Shown piece by piece: positions 11,476-23,191 of a DNA stretch of 64,000 nucleotides. A program made the translations under genes and the position numbers. Position 1 is the stretch's first letter. The number at the start of each line of letters is the position of its first letter. Origin of the DNA: Pavona decussata (Eukaryota); NCBI GenBank assembly GCA_977016875.1, contig CDRNST010000088.1, positions 2,852,001 to 2,916,000 of the forward strand, given 5' to 3'. Under the pieces are notes generated by a model, which was given only the letters and a program-made list of their open reading frames with translations, did not search any database and was not told the origin of the DNA.

Positions 11476-13153
11476 ATGCAACAGCGTAAAGTTAGCAGTC
11501 CTATTAACATGCTCCAACATCTCTTAGTATCAGGTGACACGCTGAAGATCATCCAGCACGAAACAAAACAAGATGTAATCATGCAAGAGCTGGAGGCTAT
11601 CATCAAGAATGGTTGGCCCGACAACCGAAACAAAGTTCCAGAAAATCTGAGGGACTGCTATTTCTCTCGTGATCAGCTAAGCCTACAGAACGGCCTGATC
11701 TTTAAAGGTGAACACCTTGTCGTGTTGGGTGGTGCAAAAGACTACATAAGGTCTAGAGTACACTCTAGTCACATCGGAATTCAGGGATGTCTACGCCACG
11801 CTAGAGAGTCAGTCTACTGGCCGGGTATGAACAGCAACATGAAGGAGTTCATTTCCAAGTGTCCCACCTGCAATGCCCACCAAGCCGGCCAACCCAAAGA
11901 ACCTATGATCTGCCATGAGATCCCCTCAAGACCATGGGAGAAGATCGCTTGTGAGCTCTTCGAACTTAACAAAAGGGATTATCTAATCATGGCAGACTAC
12001 TGCTCAAGTTCCTTCGAAATTGACTGCCTGCACAACAAAACTGCAAAAGAAATCATCTCTAAGCTAAAGGTTCATTTGTCAAGACACTGTTTGCCTCACC
12101 AGCTCATATCCGACAATGGACCTCCCTTCAATGCATTTGCGTTTGCAGACTTTGCGCATGCTTACAACTTTGAGCGCATCACTAGCCAGGTTACCCTCAG
12201 TCAAATGGCAAGATTGAAAACGCTGTCAAGACTGCAAAGGACCTCATGACAAAAGCTGGAGTCAAGACCCGCATCTGGCGCTGTTAGACTGGCGCAATAC
12301 GCCAACTGAGGGCCTTGGAAGCTCTCTGGCACAGCGTCTCTTTAGACGAAGGACGCGAACCCTACTGCCGACATCAACCACGTTGTAAAACCCAAAAATA
12401 CCAACAGAGGTTCCCCAGAACCTAATGAAACAGAAGGCCAAACAAGCCATGTATTACAACCACGGTACAAAAGAGCTAAATGACCTTCGCATTCGGGGTG
12501 TCGTTCGTATAAAACCCCTATGACCTGGCGAAGGAAAACAGGGGTGGAGAAAAGCCAGAGTTGAGAGCAAAGCAGACATTCATTCATACAAGGTTTGACA
12601 GAAGATGGGAGAGAGTACTGATGAAACAGGCGGCACTTAAGGCAGACCCAAGAAGATGCACAAGTGGACGGTCAGGAGCAGAACCTCACCCCAGGGCCTC
12701 CACCAACAGCAAGGAGCGAGACTCCGGATGCAGCTCTTTTGCCCAACATTGAGCCCCTGCAAGAGCCCATAGCACAACACTCACCACTTCAAGAGCCACC
12801 AGCAGCTGGACCGAGGGAGAATGCGTCCACTCCTCTCACTCGGACGAGTGGTAGCATTGTGAGTCCACCAGTGCACTTGAAGGACTATATCACTGGCTAG
12901 AAGTTTATATACCTAGCTACCCAACACGGGCTTGTCATTTTCGTATCTAGCTTCACTTGGACAGAGACATGCATGATTTAGTTTTCAATTTTTTTTGGTT
13001 TTGTTTTGGTCGTTTACCCCTGAGAAGGGAGGATGTGACGTTGTTTGACTTCCGGTCATAGGATAGCTCACAGCGTGTGACCTAGATTTCTCGGGTTATA
13101 TTGCTCAATCTTGAAACAACTCAGCTTTGTGAAGTAAAGCACACTTTTCAGAT
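11476..13153 (+). mobile_element. Ty3/Gypsy retrotransposon 3' part (integrase, PPT, start of 3' LTR)
   Basis: Integrase zinc finger H-SH-G...YWPGM...CPTC, plus LISDNGPPF. PPT GAGAAGGGAGGA precedes TG at 13034. The LTR is interrupted at ~13154. Confidence 0.9.
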
Positions 13154-13225
13154 CTTTTAATTTTTTAACAAAGACGAGTGAGCAGCACAACGGAAGACTT
13201 CTTGTAGTTGTATACTTTTCGTTTA

Positions 13226-13268
13226 TTTCTGACACGTTTCATCTCTATCGGAGACTTCTTCAGGGAAT
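13226..13268 (-). ncRNA. Minimal type I hammerhead ribozyme
   Basis: Minus strand reads ATTCC-CTGAAGA-A-GTCTC-CGATA-GAGAT-GAAA-CGTGTC-AGAAA: CUGANGA/GAAA core, 5-bp stem II, GUC cleavage triplet. Confidence 0.75.
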
Positions 13269-16154
13269 GATACAACTGACATAGGACAGCATATATATAT
13301 AGCACATGTTTGTTTGAAGTTGTTACGAAATAACTAAAACATGCTGTAAACGGACGTTACAAGAAACGCCTAAATACATATGTTATTGCATGTTCTATTT
13401 ATATTTTCGGGGCCATACGGTTAGCGCTAATCGTATGGCCCCCAAAAACAAGCTATCTACATAGGTGTGGTAAAGTAGTAGTAGATTTCTAACTAACAAT
13501 GCAGTTTAAATCTCGTAAATGCGTCTGGATAACCCGCTTGATTTTAGCGTGACTGCAATTAAAAGTAGATTTAAATACTACTATGCTACTACCGCTGCGG
13601 GATTTGCCTTTACTAGAGAACCACTTGGCTCTGTTAATGTATTTAACCTCCCTGAATAAAGGGAGTAGAAACCCGACTGGATAACCACGAAGCCTGACGC
13701 GCTTCCAGAATTTGTCACGCATTTCGCTAAAAGCTTTAAACGTAGAGCTATTTGTGGCATAGCACATAAGTTCACCTTTAATAAAGGCTTTCTTCTTGCT
13801 CGCGGGATAAAATGACTCAAAAGGAATGTACAGATACACATTAAGTGGCTTTTGATACGTAGTAAACTGCAAAGTGCTAAAATTAGCATCCTTATAAAGG
13901 AATAGATCCAGAAATGAAATACTACTTTGGTCAATAACATACGTCAGTTTAATACGATCATTCTTGCTGTTGAGATGACTAAGAAATTCTAATAAGGTTT
14001 CTTTGGGACCCCCCAGATAAAAAATATGTCATCAATGAACCGCTTGTACAAAAGTAGATTACTAGAAAATTGCGTGACAAAATCCTTTTCTAAGTAATAC
14101 ATAAATGCATTGGCGGCCGTGACTGCAAAAGGGGTTCCCATAGCAATCGCGAAGGTTTGGTGAAAAATATAGTCACCAAATTCGGATTTGAGAAAATTAT
14201 TCCCAAAAACAAGTATAGAAAACTGAATCAAAAGTGGAGCTTCAGGCGCTCTTGCCTCCCGAAGTAGAAGGTCAAGGGCCACCAATGCTTTCTTAGTAAC
14301 CACATTAGGATAAAGTGAGATAACATCTGCCGTGACAAGAAAGCACTGCGGTGGCAACCAGAGAGACTCCAGAGTTTGAACCAGATCTCCAGAATCCCTA
14401 AGAACAGTAGGCATGTTAAGCCTAGGCTTAACATATTTATCTACAAAGATATTTAAAGGTCTTGTGATGTAACTATGGGATGCTGCAATCGGCTGACACA
14501 CCATAGGGGTTTTGTGTATCTTAGGTATAATGTAGAACTTAGTGGGGCATAATAAATGATCGTAACTACGCAAGAATCTAGTGGCATTAGGAATCATGAA
14601 TCTGCTAAAAGTAGACATTAATTTTTCGCGAGTACTAATTACCTGACCGTGTTTCATGATTCATTCTTCAATAGAATTGATAGAATAGGACGGTCTGTCA
14701 TTTAGCTGTCTTAAAGTCTCACCATTTCAACCAATCGGTTGAAACCAGAGCGAGTCCGAGATTTTTATCGGTATCCAAAACCCTGACAGATTCATCACAT
14801 TTGATCTGATTGAGCTCCTAGCGATGCAAAGCAGAAAGATTTTAATTTCAGTGAGGCTTGTTTTGCTGGATGGTTTGCCGTAAGTCCCTGCAAATTTTGT
14901 GCAGTTTCTCCTCAAGATCTGGATGTTTGCGAGGAGGATTCCAGGTGGATTTTACATCAGGTCTTCGGTTAAAGTCGGGGTCTGCCGGCTCTCCTTTGAA
15001 CTTTTTATGCAAATGGATACTGCGACAAAGTCCTGAATTTGCATATTAAACTGCATCAGGTCAGGAGGTTTCAGTGTGGGCCTGAACTTCAGACCCAAGC
15101 CTAAAACCCTAGCCTGACTATCAGTCAAATGCAAAGAAGTGAAGTTGTGGATTTCCGAATTTCTAGGCAGGAGGTCATACAAAGGTCGTTTAGCCATGGA
15201 GAAGAGCCATTTGTCGTATGGGGCTTGACAGTCCATGTTCCGTGGCAGGCTCCTTTGCCGCAGCTGTTTTTTGGCAGTGAAACTCGCCGATTGTTGTTGG
15301 ACGATTGGTTCCGATGCTGTTTTCTTCTGCCCGTACTTTGGCTGCATTGATGAGTTTTATTGCCTTTGGATGAGGAACTGCGTTTTCGTTGACCTTTGTT
15401 TACATTGCCAGACGAATTGTCGTCTTTGCGGCTCGAGCGGCCACGACGAGAGTTTTTAGCTCCCTACTCGCTGCCGAGGCGTTGAGCTTCAGCCTTAACA
15501 ATGTCACGAATAGATTCCTCAGTCACTGTAAATTCGGTTTCCATTCTGAGCTGACGCTTCTTGGCTTTCTCTTCTTTTATCAGGGATTCTTGAAGAGCTT
15601 TGAATGTGTCAAGAGCTGCGAGCTGGAAATAGAGATCATCCTCGAATTTATCAGCGTATGCGGCCAATAAATCCGCTTTACCACTTGATGTCTCGTCCTT
15701 GAGAGGGAAGGAAGATCTCCATCTGCCAACAGTTGTTTTTAAGTCCTCCTTAAAACTATCAATAGAGTTTTTGTTTTAAGGACTTCTCTTTGCAGACTCT
15801 CCAGCGTGGCGTCCAGAAGTTTGAGTTCCGCTTCTTCTGACGATCCTCTGACTTGTTTTAGTTTTGATAGGCTTGATCTTCGGACCTTTAGGGATGGTTT
15901 TCTGCTGAAGTTGTTCCTCCAAATCTTTAATTCTCGCCAGGGAGCGGGAAAGACCATTCTCTGTATTAACCAGCAAATGTACTTTCTTTCTTGCAATTAG
16001 TGCTAATCGTATGGCCCCAAAAATATAAAAGCATGCAATAACATATGCATTTAGGCGTTTCTTGTAACGTCCGTTTACAGCATGTTTTAGTTATTTCGTA
16101 ACAACTTACGCACAAACATGTGCTACACATATGCTGTCCTATGTCAGTTGTATC

Positions 16155-16197
16155 ATTCCCTGAAGAAGTCTCCGATAGAGATGAAACGCGTTGGAAA
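16155..16197 (+). ncRNA. Minimal type I hammerhead ribozyme
   Basis: ATTCC-CTGAAGA-A-GTCTC-CGATA-GAGAT-GAAA-CGCGTT-GGAAA: stem I TTCC/GGAA, palindromic ACGCGT stem III. Confidence 0.8.
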
Positions 16198-16300
16198 TAA
16201 ACGAAAAGTATACAACTACAAAAAGTCTTCTGTTGTGCTGCTCACTAGGCTTTGTTAAAAAATTAAAAAATAAAAAAATAAAAAAAAAAGTTAAAAAAAA

Positions 16301-16691
16301 AAGCTAAAGGTTCACTTCTCAAGACACGGTTTGCCTGATCAGCTCATATCCGACAATGGACCTGCCTTCAATGCATTTGCGTTTGCAGACTTTGCATATG
16401 CTTACAACTTTGAGCACATCACTAGCAGCCCAGGTTACCCTCAGTCAAATGGCAAGATTGAAAACGCTGTCAAGACTGCAAAGGACCTCATGACAAAAGC
16501 TGTGGAGTCAAGACCCACATCTGGCGCTGTTAGACTAGCGCAACACTGCAATTGAGGGCCTCGGAAGCTCTCCGGCACAGCGTCTCTTTGTGACCCAAAT
16601 TTCTCGGTTTACATTGCTCAATCTTGTAACAACTCGGCTTTGTGAAGTAAAGCACACTTTTCAGATTGATATTCTCGCAAGTATCTTTACA
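16301..16691 (+). mobile_element. Second, internally deleted copy of the same Gypsy integrase/LTR sequence
   Basis: 16301-16589 matches 12061-12343; 16589-16667 matches 13076-13153; the sequence then continues to a CA end at ~16691. Confidence 0.85.
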
Positions 16692-16945
16692 GTAACCACC
16701 CTCAAAAATTGCAGTTCTAACTCCCACCATGCAAGCTTTCAACTCCCCCATGAGTGCTGTATGTGGTTCGGTGGAATGGTTTTGGGGACATTAGGGACTT
16801 TAAGATACAAGGACGCGACGGCTTTTAGAATGCGGAGGTTGATAAGAGACTGGGGCAAGACCGCCAATGTTTTCGCAGGGAAAATAAGGTTAAGATTTGT
16901 GACGCGATGCAAGACGACTTTAATGGGACGAAATCTGTGAAGTGA

Positions 16946-18671
16946 TGGCTGCGAAGTCATTTCAGAAAGTTCAAGAAATCCTTCTTTTTTCCTTAGAAGA
17001 AGAGATTATAGATGAAGTTTTTTCTGCTTTACGAGGCATACAGCCCTCAAAATCTTCCTTTTCCGCATTCAGCATATGAAACGTTTTCTCTCGTAAACAA
17101 AGACCCCGCCAAGTGTAAAGCTGATTTTTGGGTGGAAAAAGTGATACAGTCGAACCTCCACTAACGGCCACCTCTCCACAACGGCCACTTTTTTTTGTCC
17201 CGGCGGACAGTCCATACATTACCTCTTGGTTAAACCTCTCTACAACAGCAACAGCTACTAAAGATGGTCCCAACTGCCAAAATAACCTCTCGACAACAGC
17301 CAGTACAGCTCTTTTTTGTAAAAACCTTTTTTTGTAAGTTGATGCAGGAATCGACATTTGTCTTCGGAACATTACGTTTCTGTTTCCATTTTAATGATAT
17401 ACGTATTTTGATTGTGTTTTATTTATATCCTGCAGTAAGCATAAATTGTCTACAATAATACAGCAAATGTTGCGAACCTTACTCGTTTCGTCTTAACATT
17501 TTGATTCCAAAACATTATTTACGTTTTACTGTGTATTTTATCTGTATATATTATTTAAGATTGGATTGCCATTATAGGCTACAGTAAGCATGAACTTGGC
17601 ACAATAAACAAATTGTACTTCCCGAAAAAAAAGGTGTCATATTATACCCCTACCTCCCCATAACGGCCACTTTCTTCTGTCTCCAAGGTGGCCGTTGTGG
17701 AGAGGTTCAACTGTATTCCTCTTCTTGTTGAGGCATTCGGAGTTCCTCCGCTGTTCAAATGCCGGAATGGAACAATATGTGACGGTACTGAAGGCCTTTG
17801 TATAATGCTGAAGCGGTTTGCCTATCCATGCCGCTTTTCGGATATGATTCCAATTTTTGGACGATCCGTGCCGGAGCTAAGCATAATCAGCAGTGAGGTC
17901 CTAGACTGGATATATACCACTCATGGGCACAGAGTAACACAGGGGAATCATGCCATTTTGAACCCAGCTTTGCTGAATACCTACGCAGATGCAATTCACA
18001 ACAAGGGAGCAGCACTAGAACATTGTTTTGGCTTCATTGATGGAACTGTGCTTCCCATTTCACAAACAGTGGAACATCAATTGTTTATAATGGACACAAA
18101 CATGTCCATGCCCTTAAATTTCAGTCGGTAGTGCTCCCAAATGGATTGGTTGGCCATTTATATGGTCCTGTAGATAAGCTATGCTTTATATTTAACACCC
18201 ATTTCAGTTTTTGAAGGCATCACCTCAGATGCATGAACTATTCTTTTTGCTTTTACAGAAGGAAGGATGCACGATGCTAGAATGCTGCCAGTTTCCTATT
18301 TGTATGATGATTTGGAAAATTTTGCATTTTGCCCCGCTGGAAGGGAAATGTGTTTATATCGTGACCCGGCCTACCTCCTCCGGGGCCACCTCCAAGCCCC
18401 GTTCTGAGTTGGGATTTTAACCAGACAAATGGAGATTTTCAACGAATCTATGAATGCAGTACGTGAGTCCGTGGAGTGGCCTTTCTCAGACATCGTCAAC
18501 TATTTTAAATTTCTGGATTTCAAGAAGAACTTGAAGATTGGCTTAAGGCAAGTTGGGAAGATGTACATTGTTTGTGCCATTTTAAGAAATGCCCTAACCT
18601 GTTTTTATTCAAACACAACGGCAGAATATTTTGGAGTTGACCCTCCACCATTGCATGACTATTTTAACTAA
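16946..18671 (+). pseudogene. Harbinger/HARBI1-like DDE transposase (DDE_Tnp_4 type)
   Basis: Motifs LKRFAYPCRFSD, CFGFIDGT, YNGHKHVHALKFQ, GRMHDARML and FNESMNAVRESVEW. Intron ~18173-18259. Frameshifted and interrupted by a MITE. Confidence 0.85.
17147..17713. mobile_element. Tc1/mariner-pogo-type MITE
   Basis: TIR CAGTCGAACCTC...GAGGTTCAACTG, TA TSD. Confidence 0.85.
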
Positions 18672-18705
18672 CTGCGGCCTTAATGTACCAAACTAGGGGA
18701 TGATA

Positions 18706-18832
18706 CATCCTCGAAGACCCAGAGGCAGTTAGTGGGGCGGAAGAAAAAATTCAACGTACTTTAGTTCATAGGATTCTTTTTCTGCCCGTTTTGACTAGGT
18801 CTTTGGCCCCACTAACTGCGTGTCGGAGGATG
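18706..18832. mobile_element. Short MITE with 9-bp TSD
   Basis: Termini CATCCTC...GAGGATG; GGGATGATA duplicated at 18697-18705 and 18833-18841. Confidence 0.8.
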
Positions 18833-19193
18833 GGGATGATATAACCCAAATAGTCTGGTTATCAAACATTTAAAATTTTGGTATGTTGCATGTTATTTGT
18901 ATTGCTCAATTTACAAGATCAGCTCTCACAAAATTTTAATTCACTGACAGAAAGTCGCAAACCTTACTTGCTCGGCAGTTGTAAAGTAAACAGGAAAACA
19001 CTATCTTCAGTGTTCGAAAAACAGTTAAGCTCAAGCTTACCTTGGAGGTTTGGTTGAACTTGAAGCCTGACACTGAGGATCCGCCATTTCAGCTGAGTGT
19101 TTAGGCTAGCCTCGTTAACAGCATAAACAATACACCATTATTTCGACGGTTATCATCACTTGCCAAACACATAAATAGTTTTAGTCGCTATAT

Positions 19194-20310
19194 TTATGCA
19201 CCTATCAATGTTTTGCCTCAGGATGGGGGGGGGGGGGGGGGCAGGCAACCCACGGGCATTTGACTTGGTGAAGCTCCACGCGGGTAGGGATTTTGACATC
19301 CACAATGGCCCCGTGGGTGGGAAATTTGACTCAGTCGCCAACTTCCGTCGCCATCTTGGAAGTGGAGAGGGCCTGGGAATGAGCGGTCCGCCATCTTGGA
19401 AAATACCCAGAAGTCATTTTGATGAGTCCCCGCGCTCTTCTTCGCTCCGCGAACAATGGCTGAACGCAAGGTAAGGAGTATTTTGATGCTTTTAAAGTAA
19501 AAAGTTGCTGTTTTTAACACCCATCCGATATATGTCTTTGAAGTTTTATATTCATATAGTGTTTTTCTGCCGGATTTTGAACGAAATAGTTGCACAGAAA
19601 CTCATTTACATACTTATTAAATCTGAGTTCACTAGATGCTCTGCCATGAGGTTTTGACAGAGAGAGAAAGAGATCGAAAAATCATGTGTATAAGAGTGTA
19701 AAAAGGAATGAATGAATGACTCAGTCTGTAACTCAGATATATTGATTTCAAGTAAAACTAGATACCACACAGTTAATTCACAATAATATTTGATTGTAAC
19801 CTAAATTTTCATGATTTCATTTGTATGAATTTTACGTAACTGGGTACCTCCTTTTGTGCTTCCTTGCCTAAGGTACTCTGTGGCTACTGCAAGAAAGAAG
19901 ACCCAGAAGAGGAGGATGGAGCTGAAACTTTTCAGTGGATACAGTGTGATGCCTGCGATAATTGGTTTCACCAAGTTTGTGCATTAAACCCACTTGATGA
20001 TGACATGTTCTGGCATTGCATGTTTTGTACTGCTGTAAATACCATGTGAAGCAGTTCACAGGTATAGTGTTGAGTGAGCTTACTGCACCCTGGAGTCGTT
20101 GAGTTCTTTAATAAAGTATTGTGATAACCTCAGTCAGTTTATTGATATTATACAAGTTCTGGGATCCCCAGGGGTAGGAATTTGACTTTTAATGGATACC
20201 CAAGGGTGGGGAAATTGACATTTGAAAGCCTGAAAATGTCAAATTCCCGTGGGGTTGCCCCCCCCCCCCCCCCCCCATCCTGGGAGAAAAAAACATTGAT
20301 AGGTGCATTA
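19194..20310 (+). mobile_element. Non-autonomous TIR element carrying a PHD-finger exon
   Basis: ~70-bp TIRs TTATGCACCTATCAATG...polyG...GGCAACCCACGG and their inverse at 20237-20310. Internal ORF 19864-20049 with C4HC3 pattern. Confidence 0.8.
19864..20049 (+). CDS. PHD-finger peptide (probable last exon)
   Basis: CGYC...WIQCDACDNWFHQVC...WHCMFC; AG acceptor at ~19872. Confidence 0.65.
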   Translation: MPKVLCGYCKKEDPEEEDGAETFQWIQCDACDNWFHQVCALNPLDDDMFWHCMFCTAVNTM

Positions 20311-20886
20311 AGTATTCAGTGGTTAAAAAGTCAATTCCTTTGAAAAACATCACCAATGTTACTCACGTTTTCTCTGCAACGCCGCAAACCTGTGTTTGGG
20401 GTTGTGGACGTCAACACAACCCAGCAGGAAGCAGGTTTTGGCATGTGCAGAATGATTGTCTTGTGGAAAATTACTTCTGGTGACGTTGTAAAGTCATCAC
20501 GTCCTCATATCTTAAAATCCCTATTATACACTTTAAATTCATGGATTTTCATACGAACTTAGTAATCACTCTTAGCTCTGCAGAAAAAATGTCTTGCCAG
20601 TGGAATATTTCAAAATATCCACACCGAGGTTCTCCGACTTATAAGTTGCACGACCCTTTGAGTTAATGACCTGGTCAGCACTTTTCCACATAAATCATTT
20701 TATAGTGTCAAGTTTTCCCCCTACATTTTTGTCAGATTATCAGTCCAACATTATTCATAATTTACTGGGGACTTAACAGTTCATTAATGATTAAAAGCGT
20801 TTGCACATAATAGATTACTGTTTCATGGGTCATAATGAATTCTAAGGAAATAGTAGGCACCTTTTCATGGCAGTTGCATAATCTTG

Positions 20887-21245
20887 GGAGTTACACAGGG
20901 TAGCACACCGGGCACTCTACTGCTTCTACTGCTTGTAATTTACATTAACGACCTAACGGATGTGGTAGAACACACCCAAGTATCCCTGTATGCAGATGAT
21001 GCAGTATTGCCTTGCTTTCCTGTCAACCCCATTGATTTTGGAGGAGAAACTCAATGCTGATCTTCGTACAGTTTGTACTGGCTCCAAAACAACAAGCTTT
21101 AAACACCAATAGAACCAAATCTATGATTATTGGGAGCAGCTGGAAGCTGTCTAACGTTGGCACTGTTACAATCCCAGTTAATAGCAGTACAGTTGAGAAT
21201 GTTGAAAGTTTCTCATATCTCAATATGACACTGTCATCTAACAAA
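20887..21245 (+). mobile_element. Non-LTR (CR1/L2-type) RT fragment
   Basis: GVTQGS..G, INDL and SLYADD motifs with frameshifts. Confidence 0.7.
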
Positions 21246-21259
21246 TATCAAATAGAACA

Positions 21260-21450
21260 AAGATCCCGGCAGTTAGTATGCAACTTAAGCAGTTGCGAAA
21301 AGAAAGACTGAAAAAAATTCAGGCTTGAATGGGATTCAAACCCATGACCTCTGCAATGCGTGTGCAGTGCTCGACCAACTGAGCTATCAAGCCAACTGGG
21401 AGCTGGTCGTATTGTGAGTTCATAGCATACCCATGAAGGATGAATAAATG
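21260..21450 (-). mobile_element. tRNA-derived SINE-like repeat (pseudo-tRNA core 21321-21393)
   Basis: GGCTTGATAGCTCAGTTGGTCGAGC...GGGTTTGAATCCCATTCAAGCC cloverleaf with A/B boxes; the anticodon loop and T-loop are degenerate. Confidence 0.7.
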
Positions 21451-22628
21451 CAGATCACACATTTTGGGAGGCCTTCCTGAAGTCCTTGGACATTCCCAAA
21501 AAGAGCAATGCATGTAGTTCACTCACTGCGCAAAACAACATTGCAACAACTGAGAAGATTGAGACACAGTTAAGACACTTTACCGAAAAAATCAGGCTAC
21601 TATAACCATTTACCCAGAATGTTCAGATCGTCTGAAATAGAAATGTCATGCTCTTATACTTTCGTGTCTGTATCTCAATGTTTGCAACCTACAGAAGGCC
21701 AGTCCAACTTCGCAGTAGCAAGCTCTCACTTCTGAAGAGGTGCAGAAGTGATGTTTAGTGTCTGCACGACCCCCAAACCTTCAAATCTTTAGCTCCACCA
21801 GGAGAAGCAGTATTTCACTCACAGACTACGTGTTATTCATCCTCCAATCCACTTGTTATTGTTGCTTATGCAATAAGATCACCACTGCACATTGTTAAAC
21901 TCAAAGGGGTTAAATTTTATGTTCCTTCCAAATTTTATTTCTTTTGCCCCCTAAAGAAGTAACAATAAGTTAAGCCCTACTTCACCATTAAAATCACACA
22001 AAGATAAGCAGCTTTCTAATTTAAAACTGCCATTCAGGTGGCAGAGCAATAGAAACGATAAGGCGCTATACCTAAGGGCGACAGTTCGAAACAGGAAAAA
22101 ACACTTTTAAATACAGGTTGAATGTTGATAAATGAACAAAAACTCAGAATTTATCCACAGATTCAAACGTTGGGAACACCTTATGAAGAATAAGGAATGG
22201 CACAACACCAATTAAGTTCTACCGAATAGTTTATTTGAAAGGACACAGAGACTTCAGCTTTTCGTCCACAAGATAGTCCCCATCAATTTAAGGATTCACT
22301 CTGTATGTTAAAAGGTTAAGGATAAAGAAGCTATAGCTATGGCGCAAAATTAGTTATACCTTTTTGTCGTTGTTACTGTTAACTAAGGTCTCATTAGACT
22401 CAGTGTCCTTGCTTAACCAAAGTTCCCCTGATAGTGAAATTGTTTTTCTTTCACAATCACATTTCGTGGATTATGAGACTTTGAAACTGCTTACCTGATC
22501 AGGTTTGAAGGCTATGTAGGTAAAGCTTGAGAGGAACAGAAAGTATCTGGAATAGAGAAAAATGGAGCAGTGGTTGCATGATTAACTCTGGATTTTGGGG
22601 GAAACGGACATAAACATCTGGTACAATA

Positions 22629-23180
22629 GTGTTGCCTTTGGGCATGTACTTGCAAGAAGGTGACATGTTTGTCTGTGGAACTGCTCGAGCTAACAAAAAG
22701 CTGAATGAGCGAAGAGCCTCTAGAATGGGACCACAGAAAAGCAGGGAAATTAAAAGCTCCGGTGGGATTATTGCTTTGGCATGGAAGGCCAACAAGCTTG
22801 TCTATTTTCTGTCTACCATCCATCCACTCTCCAGATCAAGTGTCAACAATTCAGTGGCACCAGATGCTTAGGGCAGGTGGATACCAGTTAGTTGACGTGC
22901 ATGCACATTATTATAGACAACTATAATGCTCACATGGGGGAATTGCCAGGAACGACCAAATGACATTCAACAAACAAATGCTCTGGTATATGCTATTAGT
23001 TATACGGTTCTTAGAAGCTGCAGCTTTCAATGCATACATAAATGAAGGCTTTTTGTGGACCATAAAAGAGACCTTGCATTTAGTAAGGAACTGATTCGAC
23101 AGCTGGTGGGAAATTGGAAGACAGAAAAAGGAAAATCTGGAAGGAGACAATCAGAACCTATAAGACTTGACATTGTCTGT
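22629..23180 (+). pseudogene. piggyBac transposase C-terminal fragment
   Basis: MFVCGTARANKK, IIALAWKANKLVYFLSTIH and YNAHMGGI-RNDQ (canonical YN..MGGVD..DQ). Confidence 0.75.
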
Positions 23181-23191
23181 CTTTTGATCTT

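Larger units (their letters stand above)
13155..16300 (-). mobile_element. Penelope-like retroelement (RT + thumb, no GIY-YIG) with ~270-bp inverted terminal repeats
   Basis: PLE motifs IPKG, IHNFTSLHLT..ARVLGLGLKFRPT, FYIIPKIHK, VTADVISLYPN, AMGTPFA, YKRFIDDIF, SFLDL and YQKPLNVYLYIPFES in frameshifted ORFs 15996->13453. 13155-13431 is inverted relative to 15996-16268; both ends are A-rich. Confidence 0.9.
16793..20522 (+). mobile_element. PIF/Harbinger DNA transposon (decayed)
   Basis: ~30-bp imperfect TIRs AGGGACTTTAAGATACAAGGACGCGACGGC / GTCATCACGTCCTCATATCTTAAAATCCCT, 3-bp TSD ATT, and an internal HARBI1-type transposase. Confidence 0.85.

Noticed and set aside
21321-21393. Functional tRNA gene
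   Set aside because: The anticodon loop (CACGCAT) and T-loop are degenerate and it sits in a longer repeat; treated as SINE-like.
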